48,777 nucleotides of DNA, from NCBI GenBank assembly GCA_028679325.1, contig JAJRBS010000171.1, positions 1 through 48,777 on the forward strand, given 5' to 3'. Source of the DNA: Methanoregulaceae archaeon (lineage in GTDB: Archaea > Halobacteriota > Methanomicrobia > Methanomicrobiales > Methanospirillaceae). Below are positions 1 through 7,178 of this stretch, piece after piece; position 1 is the stretch's first letter; each line of letters opens with the position of its first letter. The notes under the pieces were generated by a model. The model saw nothing but the letters and a program-made list of their open reading frames with translations, did no database searches and had not been told where the DNA came from. The position numbers and the translations under genes were made by a program.

Positions 1-445
1 TGGCCACAATGTGTTCCCTCTGTGCGGGAGAGGTCTCTTTCACCGCTTTCCCCGGGACACCCACTACCACTGAGCCGGGCGGGATGCTGGCCTCTTCGGT
101 CACCACCGTCCCGGCACCGAGGATCGTGTCTGATCCTACGACGGCCCCGTTCAGGACGATGGCCCCCATACCCACCAGGACCCGGTCCTCGATCCTGCAC
201 CCGTGCAGAATTGCCCCATGACCGACAGAGACATCGTTTCCGACCAGCACCGGGTGCCCGGCGCTGGTATGTACTACGGCATTGTCCTGGACGTTTGACC
301 GGTCTCCTATCCGTACCTTGTCCTTATCGGCCCTGATCACCGCTCCGAACCAGACGCTCACTTCCCTGCCCAGGCTCACGTCCCCGAGAACGGTGGCGTT
401 CTCTGCGATAAAACCAGAGAACTCTCGCCCGCCACCCGTAGTCAT
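1..445 (-). CDS. gamma-class carbonic anhydrase-like / hexapeptide-repeat (LbH) protein; the C-terminus runs off the window start
   Basis: My own minus-strand translation from the ATG at 445-443 gives MTTGGGREFSGFIAENATVLGDVSLGREVSVWFGAVIRADKDKVRIGDRSNVQDNAVVHTSAGHPVLVGNDVSVGHGAILHGCRIEDRVLVGMGAIVLNGAVVG... It shows imperfect hexapeptide periodicity and a His pattern typical of Cam/YrdA/PaaY-like proteins. It is missing from the ORF track because there is no stop codon in the window. Confidence 0.8.
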   Translation of the reverse strand, partial: MTTGGGREFSGFIAENATVLGDVSLGREVSVWFGAVIRADKDKVRIGDRSNVQDNAVVHTSAGHPVLVGNDVSVGHGAILHGCRIEDRVLVGMGAIVLNGAVVGSDTILGAGTVVTEEASIPPGSVVVGVPGKAVKETSPAQREHIVA

Positions 446-475
446 AATAGCAAGGAAGGTTACATATGAAGCACG

Positions 476-946
476 ATGAAGGTTATGGTAGGGGGAACAT
501 TCGATCCCCTTCACGACGGGCATAAGAGACTGATCTCCCGATCGTTCGAGCTCGCTGGCAGGGACGGGACGGTTATCGTCGGCCTTACCACCGACACCTT
601 CGCAAGCCGGAAGGTTCACCCGGTGAGGGCATACGAGCAGAGGAAAGCCGCCCTCGCCAGCTACATCAGGGAACAGGGTTTTCCTGCCTCGTACAGCATC
701 GAGCCCCTGAAGGACCGGTACGGCACTGCACTTGAGGACGACTTCGATGCCCTGGTGGTGAGCGAAGAGACCCTCCCCATCGCCCACGAGATCAACCAGC
801 TTCGGAAGGAGAAGGGGAAGCAGAAGGTGGACATCCACCAGATCACCTGCGTACTTGCCGACGATGGCCACTGGATCTCGAGCACCCGGATCTACCGCGG
901 GGAGATCGATGTCCACGGGAGGCTTCTCTCATCCGAAGAACAGTGA
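476..946 (+). CDS. coaD: phosphopantetheine adenylyltransferase, archaeal type (cytidylyltransferase fold)
   Basis: 156-aa ORF. It has the N-terminal GGTFDPLHDGH nucleotidyltransferase (H/T)xGH motif and a C-terminal ISSTRI motif. Size is typical of archaeal PPAT. Confidence 0.8.
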   Translation: MKVMVGGTFDPLHDGHKRLISRSFELAGRDGTVIVGLTTDTFASRKVHPVRAYEQRKAALASYIREQGFPASYSIEPLKDRYGTALEDDFDALVVSEETLPIAHEINQLRKEKGKQKVDIHQITCVLADDGHWISSTRIYRGEIDVHGRLLSSEEQ

Positions 947-1057
947 GGCTTCAACCCCGCGGTTGAATATTGAACCGCAACCATCAAGGGAATATATATA
1001 GGAGTCTCTCGTCCCTTCTCTTGATACTCAAAGCATCCTCTTTTTGAGAACGTTCCC

Positions 1058-1678
1058 TCACCGTTTCGGAAAGCCAAGAGCCATGGCGAGAACAACCCCC
1101 CCAATGGCACAAAAGACCGCCAGAGGAGCCTTTGTTGTCGGGACCGGCAGATGCCTTTTTGCATCGTCGCGGTTCTTCCTCGCCTCGACCGAACCGGGAT
1201 CGAGCCTGAGTGCCTCCTCAGAAGCGGCCAGTGCCTCTTCGTACCTTCCCAGTTGAATCAGGGCCGTCCCCTCGTTCACCCGTGCCTCGGTCAGGCCCGG
1301 GTCAAGCGCTGCCGCCTTCTCGGCTGCTGCCAGCCCCCCGCTCGCGTCCCCGATATGGATGAGGGCATAGGCCTTGTTGTTCCAGGCCGAAGCCTCCCCG
1401 GGGTCGAGGGCAATGGCCCTGTCAGAGGCATTTATCGCCTCCGGGAACCTTCCTAAAGCGTTCAGAATTCCCCCCCGGGTGGAATGGGCCAGGGTGAAGT
1501 TCGGGTTTTCTACAATGGCGAGGTCGACCTCGGAAAGGGCTTCGGTATAGTTTCCGGCCATGGCCAGGTCCACGGCCTGGTTGTAGTGGTTGATAGCCAC
1601 AAGATTATCGGCCGCTGCCGCCGGTATGGCCAGCAGGCCGAGGAGAAACAGGAGACCCAGTCTCTTATCGGTGGTCAT
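1058..1678 (-). CDS. TPR-repeat protein with N-terminal signal peptide and C-terminal membrane anchor
   Basis: I chose the internal ATG at 1678 (MTTDKRLGLLFLLGLLAIPAAAA...), because the longer track ORF (to 1813) would overlap pyrI. It contains repeated 34-aa A/L/G/P-rich TPR units (ALDPGEASAWNNKAYALIHIGD..., ALDPGLTEARVNEGTALIQLGRYEEAL...). The C-terminus is hydrophobic (LAVFCAIGGVVLAMALG). Confidence 0.75.
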   Translation of the reverse strand: MTTDKRLGLLFLLGLLAIPAAAADNLVAINHYNQAVDLAMAGNYTEALSEVDLAIVENPNFTLAHSTRGGILNALGRFPEAINASDRAIALDPGEASAWNNKAYALIHIGDASGGLAAAEKAAALDPGLTEARVNEGTALIQLGRYEEALAASEEALRLDPGSVEARKNRDDAKRHLPVPTTKAPLAVFCAIGGVVLAMALGFPKR

Positions 1679-1680
1679 GG

Positions 1681-2145
1681 TCAGATCAGGTGGCTCGCGA
1701 TGTCGCGGGTGATCTTCTGGTCGCAGTAGAGACAGTGGAGACCTTCGGGCAGCACCTCGAAACGGGACAAGATGGGCTCGTTCGTGTTCGAGATACAGCC
1801 GGGGTTCGGGCATCGTACCACGCCGGTCAGGAGCCGTGGGATCTCGACTCCTTTTTTCTCGAAGACCTCGTAGTTCCGGATGATGTTGATCGATGCCTTG
1901 GGGGCGATGAGGGCTATCCGGTCCACCTCCTCCTTCCGGAGTTCACGGTTCACGATCTTCACGATATCCTTCTTCCCCACCTTTCCCGACTTCACATTGG
2001 TTGCCACGGAGATCGACTCGGTTGTGGCCCCGGTTATGCCGATGATCTTCAGCACGTTCAGGGCCTCGCCACCGGTTATATGGTCGATCACTGTCCCGTT
2101 CTCGATGGGGCTGATGAGAAGCCCATCCCGTGCATCGCGTTTCAT
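1681..2145 (-). CDS. pyrI: aspartate carbamoyltransferase regulatory subunit
   Basis: 154 aa. N-terminal I.NGTVIDHI motif and a C-terminal Zn-binding Cys quartet (CPNPGC...CLYC). Its start overlaps the pyrB stop. Confidence 0.95.
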   Translation of the reverse strand: MKRDARDGLLISPIENGTVIDHITGGEALNVLKIIGITGATTESISVATNVKSGKVGKKDIVKIVNRELRKEEVDRIALIAPKASINIIRNYEVFEKKGVEIPRLLTGVVRCPNPGCISNTNEPILSRFEVLPEGLHCLYCDQKITRDIASHLI

Positions 2146-3041
2146 CAGGGCATCACCTTCAGCAGCATAGCCATCCGGACCGGGATCCCGTTCCGGGACT
2201 GGTCGAAGTACCGGGCCTGCGGGAGCCGATCAACCCGGGGGTCTATCTCGTCCAGCCGGGGAAGGGGGTGGAGCACTACCAGACGCTCCTTTCCCCGGGC
2301 CAGGAGTTCGGGAGTGACACGGTAACTCGAGGCCACCTGGAAGTAGGAGGACGAGTCCGGGAAGCGCTCCCTCTGGATACGGGTCACGTACAGCACGTCA
2401 AGGTCGGGGATGGCTCTTGAGACGTCTGCATGCTCCCTGACGTCTGTTCCTCCCCGCCGGAGCTCGTCCACGATTGAACCCGGGAGCTCGAGGCCCTTCG
2501 GCGAGATGATGTGGAGGGTCGCCCCATAGAGGGAGAGGGCATACGCCAGTGAATGGGCCGTCCTCCCGTAGCGGAGATCGCCGAGCAGGCCGACAGAGAT
2601 ACCTGAAAGAGGCATCGACTGCCGTATGGTGTAGAGGTCAAGAAGGGTCTGGGAAGGGTGCTGCCCGGCCCCGTCCCCGGCATTGATCACCGGGACGGCC
2701 GAGAACTCGCTTGCCAGCCGGGCCGCTCCTTCCTTCGGATGGCGCAGCACAATGGCGTCTGCATAGCCGCTGACTACACGGATGGTATCGGCCAGCGTCT
2801 CGCCCTTGGACATGGAACTCGCTTCCACGCTGTCGAGCCCGATCGAACATCCACCCAGGCGGGCCATGGCCGCCTCGAAAGACATCCGGGTGCGGGTGCT
2901 CGGTTCGAAGAAGAGGAGGGCCAGGATCTTCCCGGAGAGAGCTTTTCCGGGGTGCGGCCCGGCATCGAGTTTCGCTGCCTGGTCAAGGAGTTTGTCGATG
3001 GACGGCCGGTCCAGATCGCGTATGGAGATGATATGGTTCAT
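2145..3041 (-). CDS. pyrB: aspartate carbamoyltransferase catalytic subunit
   Basis: I chose the internal ATG at 3041 (MNHIISIRDLDR...). Motifs: EPSTRTR, GQHPSQ, HPLPR. It is coupled to pyrI by a 1-nt overlap: the last base of the pyrB stop codon is the first base of the pyrI ATG (position 2145). Confidence 0.95.
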   Translation of the reverse strand: MNHIISIRDLDRPSIDKLLDQAAKLDAGPHPGKALSGKILALLFFEPSTRTRMSFEAAMARLGGCSIGLDSVEASSMSKGETLADTIRVVSGYADAIVLRHPKEGAARLASEFSAVPVINAGDGAGQHPSQTLLDLYTIRQSMPLSGISVGLLGDLRYGRTAHSLAYALSLYGATLHIISPKGLELPGSIVDELRRGGTDVREHADVSRAIPDLDVLYVTRIQRERFPDSSSYFQVASSYRVTPELLARGKERLVVLHPLPRLDEIDPRVDRLPQARYFDQSRNGIPVRMAMLLKVMP

Positions 3042-3170
3042 GGATGCCCCGGACTGGCAGGTGAACGGGCCGGCCGGGTCGCCCCGGTACCCGGGCCCTT
3101 GCCTGTGTACAGGTAGGAGCTGCACCTTTTTGAGGCTATTGGATGGACGGAGGAAGGGATACGGAACATG

Positions 3171-4667
3171 TCAGCAGCCGACCAGCCGGACCGCAGAACT
3201 CCCCGTGAGGAGAAGGTTCCAGGCCTTGCGCCGGGGATTGTACCGGACGAGGACACCGCGAAGTTCGACCACGGCGGCGTAGGGCACGGACAGGAGCGTC
3301 TTGTTCGACCCGGTCACGTGGTAGCGGGGGAGGATAGCGTAGGCCGTCCCGGAAGCATCGCAGAGGAGGAAGACATGGTTCTCCCGGTCGCCGAGGTCTC
3401 CGGATATGACGGCTGCGGTAAGGTTGATCCTCTTCCCCGCGTGCTTCCGGAGAGACGAGAGAGGAGGGGAGGGTGAGTGCACCGTGACCGGGGCCGCACC
3501 CGCATCTTCCTGCTCCCGGACCAACACCGCGTAACTGAATTTAATATCCGTATTCTCGAACCTGAAGGCCTCCTTCTCTCCGGACAGTGCTCGCATGAGC
3601 CGTGTCGGCCGGATGGAGGGCTTTTCAAGGAAACTCCAGCAGGGCCCGGCCCGGCAGCTTCCGGCCCTGAGGAACCGGCAGGGGTCCCGGACGGTAAGAC
3701 TTTTTCCAGCGGCGGCCCGGACCGTTTCCCTGAGCGAGATCGAGTTGTCCTTGTCGGCGGGCTCGATGAGCGCCATGCATCCGCCGGGGACGAGAAGCCG
3801 GGAGAGCGAGGAGATTATCCTGACCTTCTCGGGATTCCCGCCCGGGAGCTCGTTGAGCACGTTCTGCAGCACCACAAGGTCCACAGATGTTGGGAGGAGG
3901 ATCTCCTCCAACTCGCGGAGGTCCCCCCTGACCGGAGGGTGGATCGCGACTCTTCCGCCGGTGCAGCCGGGCACAAGCCGGTTATAAGCATCGATGAACT
4001 CCTCTGATCGTTCGAGAGCAAAGACCTCGGCGGATAGCCCGGGTAGGTCCTGCAGGAGCCCGGAGAGTGCCAGGGGGACGATCCCAGGACCGGCCCCGAC
4101 ATCGAGGACCCTGATGGTATTCTGGACCAGTCCCTGCCGGATGAGCCGCAAGAAGAGGTGGGAGAACTGGAAGTAGGTGACCGGGGACTGGTAGGCGAGA
4201 TAGGCCAGGACCGCGTACCCCTTCCGGTAACCGATCCTCCGCTCGTCCCCTCCCCGCCAGTACTGGCTCTTCTGCTGCATCACCGAGGCCCGTATCCTCT
4301 GGAGGGTGACCGGGTCGTCCCACGTTTTTCCGGTCTTCATGCCGATGTACTCCTCGATGAGCCGCTGGATGCCTTCGGGGAACTCCCCGGCTGTCAGCCG
4401 GTTTTCGAGCTTTGAGAGGTCCCGTTCGTCGGTCGTAAAAAGACCTGCCCGGGGTATCCGGTAGATGGTGATCCGATCCCTCTCCCCCCGCCAGCCGAGG
4501 CTGAGAAGAGAGAGGGAGGGCAGGAGGGACCGGAGAAGGGCGGGAAGATCTGCGTCCTGATGCAGGGCGTCACGAAAATCACGGAGCGGGAACGACTCCT
4601 TTCCTTCCGAAAAATCCGAAAGTTCCTGCAGGAACGGATCCCGGGTCATGGATATGTGGTGGAACAC
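3171..4667 (-). CDS. class I SAM-dependent methyltransferase, Rsm22-like, with a C-terminal ~110-aa extension
   Basis: 498-aa ORF. It has SAM motif I (VLDVGAGPG), the preceding AYLAYQSPVTYFQF segment, and a downstream Cys cluster (CRFLRAGSCRAGPCW), as in Rsm22/COG5459 proteins. An alternative start is the ATG at 4649. Confidence 0.6.
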   Translation of the reverse strand: MFHHISMTRDPFLQELSDFSEGKESFPLRDFRDALHQDADLPALLRSLLPSLSLLSLGWRGERDRITIYRIPRAGLFTTDERDLSKLENRLTAGEFPEGIQRLIEEYIGMKTGKTWDDPVTLQRIRASVMQQKSQYWRGGDERRIGYRKGYAVLAYLAYQSPVTYFQFSHLFLRLIRQGLVQNTIRVLDVGAGPGIVPLALSGLLQDLPGLSAEVFALERSEEFIDAYNRLVPGCTGGRVAIHPPVRGDLRELEEILLPTSVDLVVLQNVLNELPGGNPEKVRIISSLSRLLVPGGCMALIEPADKDNSISLRETVRAAAGKSLTVRDPCRFLRAGSCRAGPCWSFLEKPSIRPTRLMRALSGEKEAFRFENTDIKFSYAVLVREQEDAGAAPVTVHSPSPPLSSLRKHAGKRINLTAAVISGDLGDRENHVFLLCDASGTAYAILPRYHVTGSNKTLLSVPYAAVVELRGVLVRYNPRRKAWNLLLTGSSAVRLVGC

Positions 4668-4751
4668 GGGAGGAAAAATATCCTTTGTGCTTTATTAGCG
4701 ACTGGCGGGAAGAGGAACGATTAAGCCCGGTCCCGTTCACCTCTTCTCCTG

Positions 4752-6809
4752 ATGCCGGAGGACAGGCCGGAAGGCCGGGAACTGATGACCGAAGACCAGG
4801 GGTATGCCCTTCTCGAACGGTTCGGGATCCCTGTCCCGCGGTTCATGGTCGCCACCGGGATCGAGGAGGCCTTCAGAGGTGCGGACCGAATCGGGTACCC
4901 GGTCGTCCTGAAGGTGGTGTCACCGGATGTCATCCACAAGAGCGATATCGGCGGTGTGGCTGTCCATATCGCCGGGCAGGAAGCGTTGAAGGAGGCGATG
5001 ACCCGGATGAAGGCCGACCTTGCCCGGAACATGCCGTCGGCGACGATAAAAGGCTTTCTTGTCGAGCAGGAGATGCCTCCCGGTCTTGAGCTCTTTATCG
5101 GCGGGAAGACCGATCAGGCCTTTGGAAAGGTCCTCTCATTCGGGCTTGGCGGAACAGCCATCGAAGTGTTCAGGGATATAGCTCTCCGGGTTCTTCCCTT
5201 CGGAAGCGAGGGTATAAGGTCCATGATCCGGCAGATCCGCGGATACCCGCTCATCGCCGGCCACCGCGGAAGCCCACCGCTCGACGAGGAAGCGCTGGAA
5301 AGAACCATCGAATCGGTGATCAGGCTTTTTTTATCCGATGAACGGGTCGCTGAGTTCGACATCAATCCGGTCGTCCTCTATCCCCGGGGAGCGTGTGCGG
5401 TCGACGCCCGGATCTATCGATCGCATGATGTCCCTCCCAGGAACGCGGCCCGTGAAGAGGTTGGCCCGGGGCTCTTTCATCCCCGGTCCATTGCGGTGAT
5501 CGGTGCCTCCTCTGACCCGAAGAAGATCGGGTATTCGGTCTTTTCCAACCTCCTCCCCTTCCCCGGGCCCCTTTACCCGGTCAATCCCGGCCGGGCCGAG
5601 ATCCTGGGAAGGCCGGCTTATGCCCGGGTATCAGATATCCCGGGCCCGGTGGATACGGCGGTTATCGCTATCCCGGCCCCGGCGGTTGAGGGAGTGATGG
5701 AGGAGCTCGCCGCTCACAAGACACGTCTGGCGATCATCATCTCGTCAGGGTTCAGCGAGACCGGGCGCGAAGGAAGGGAACGGGAGGAGAGGATCCTCGC
5801 CATCGCCAGGGCAGCAGGCATCAGGGTCATCGGGCCGAACTGTCTCGGCATCGTCCTCCCGCACGAGGATATCAACACCACCTTCGACCCGGTCACCCCC
5901 CTGAAAGGAAACATCGCGTTCATCTCCCAGAGCGGAGCCGTGATTACCACCATTGTTGACTGGAGCGTTCCCGAAGAGATCGGGTTTTCAGCGGTCATCT
6001 CTGTCGGGAACCAGATCGACCTCGACTTTATCGACTTCCTGGAGTTTGCCGGAAGCCAGCCTGAGACCCGGGCGATCATCCTGTACATCGAGGAGATAAA
6101 GGACGGTCGGGCTTTCCTTGACGCGGTACGGGAGATCACAAAGACAAAGCCAGTCATCGTCCTCAAGTCAGGTTCCTCGGCAATCGGGAAGAGGGCCGCC
6201 GCCTCCCACACCGGGTCACTAGCCGGCGACTTCGAGGTTTATCTGTCCGCTTTCCGACAGGCGGGCGCTACCCCGGTCTTCTCGATCCTTGAGACCTTCG
6301 ACCTTGCCAAGCTGGTGGTGTGGCAGGGGTATCCGGAAGGGAAAAGGGCGGTGGTGATCTCTGCCGCCGGGGGCTTTGCAGTCCTGGCCTCGGACTATGC
6401 CGAACGGTACCATGTCGGACTCCCAGCCCTCAGTCCGCGGCTCATGGAGGAGCTTGACCGGTTCCTCCCGCCTATCTGGAACAGGGCAAACCCCATGGAC
6501 ATCATCGGTGACGGGGATGCCGAACGCTACGCCAGGGTCTTTGACACTCTTCTCCGGTTCCAAGACGAGTGGGATATAGCGGTGGTCATCGCTGTACCGT
6601 CGGCAGTCATCAATGCCGTCGACCTCGCACGGGAGATGGTGCGTTTTTCACGGAGTACCGAGAAGGTCACCATCGGCTGTTTCATCGGAGGAGACTCCAT
6701 GAAGGAGGGGATCGGGATCCTCCGCTCCCACCACATCCCCAATTACGATGATATTGACAGCGCCTTCCGGGCACTGGGAAGGAGCATCGCCGGTCATGAT
6801 AACCGGTGA
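4752..6809 (+). CDS. acd: acetyl-CoA synthetase (ADP-forming) / acetate--CoA ligase family, with beta(ATP-grasp)-alpha(CoA-binding) fused in one chain
   Basis: 685 aa. The N-terminal ATP-grasp part reads LLERFGIPVP...GYPVVLKVVSPDVIHKSDIGGV. It is followed by a CoA-binding Rossmann part (PRSIAVIGASSDPKKIGYSVF) and the phosphohistidine loop ASHTGSLAG. An alternative start is at 4785. Confidence 0.85.
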   Translation: MPEDRPEGRELMTEDQGYALLERFGIPVPRFMVATGIEEAFRGADRIGYPVVLKVVSPDVIHKSDIGGVAVHIAGQEALKEAMTRMKADLARNMPSATIKGFLVEQEMPPGLELFIGGKTDQAFGKVLSFGLGGTAIEVFRDIALRVLPFGSEGIRSMIRQIRGYPLIAGHRGSPPLDEEALERTIESVIRLFLSDERVAEFDINPVVLYPRGACAVDARIYRSHDVPPRNAAREEVGPGLFHPRSIAVIGASSDPKKIGYSVFSNLLPFPGPLYPVNPGRAEILGRPAYARVSDIPGPVDTAVIAIPAPAVEGVMEELAAHKTRLAIIISSGFSETGREGREREERILAIARAAGIRVIGPNCLGIVLPHEDINTTFDPVTPLKGNIAFISQSGAVITTIVDWSVPEEIGFSAVISVGNQIDLDFIDFLEFAGSQPETRAIILYIEEIKDGRAFLDAVREITKTKPVIVLKSGSSAIGKRAAASHTGSLAGDFEVYLSAFRQAGATPVFSILETFDLAKLVVWQGYPEGKRAVVISAAGGFAVLASDYAERYHVGLPALSPRLMEELDRFLPPIWNRANPMDIIGDGDAERYARVFDTLLRFQDEWDIAVVIAVPSAVINAVDLAREMVRFSRSTEKVTIGCFIGGDSMKEGIGILRSHHIPNYDDIDSAFRALGRSIAGHDNR

Positions 6810-7178
6810 CCAGCGGGGATCTGGCCGAGCCATTGAACCTCCCGGTTCAGACTTCCAACCTTTTCATTCAGGGAAAAAACCACTGTGATAGGCCCAATTT
6901 ATATGCCAGGCCATGAATTCTTTTTTCGGTGGAGAAGGTCCGGGTACCAGGGTACTTCGCTTAAGAAGGGAACAGGCGGGGCGGGTATCCTGTTCACCCG
7001 GAACCGGGCTCCCCCGTAGTGGCAGAGACATTTTGGTCCTGCCGTCCATGCACCAAACATCCAATGCCCACATCCTATCACCGGGGACGGAACCCGGAAG
7101 AGACCAAAAGAAGCAAGGGGGTTTTGCACCGGTCTTTTCCGGCCCGTCCCGGCTCCATACATCCGGGCCGGTAACCGG

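Noticed and set aside
1058-1813. The full-length track ORF (251 aa) for the TPR protein, and likewise the long N-terminal extensions of pyrB (to 3125), livM (to 36690), atpC (to 21988) and the USPs (to 15430 and 34083).
   Set aside because: The extensions overlap the upstream gene or are Arg/Pro-rich. Internal ATGs give canonical N-termini and classic ATGA or short-gap operon junctions.
6810-7178. The 370-bp convergent spacer contains a TATA-like TTTATAT, and it has GGAGAAGGTCCGGG and ACGGAACCCGGAAG strings reminiscent of RNase P RNA CR-I/CR-V. I also considered SRP RNA.
   Set aside because: The other universally conserved RNase P blocks (GGGUGAAA-type J11/12, GGUAAGAGCGCACC-like, ACAGAACCCGGCUUA) are absent from the same strand. 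The SRP helix-8 GGAAG(G/A)AGCA motif is missing. The matches are short GC-rich strings. An Infernal scan would settle it.
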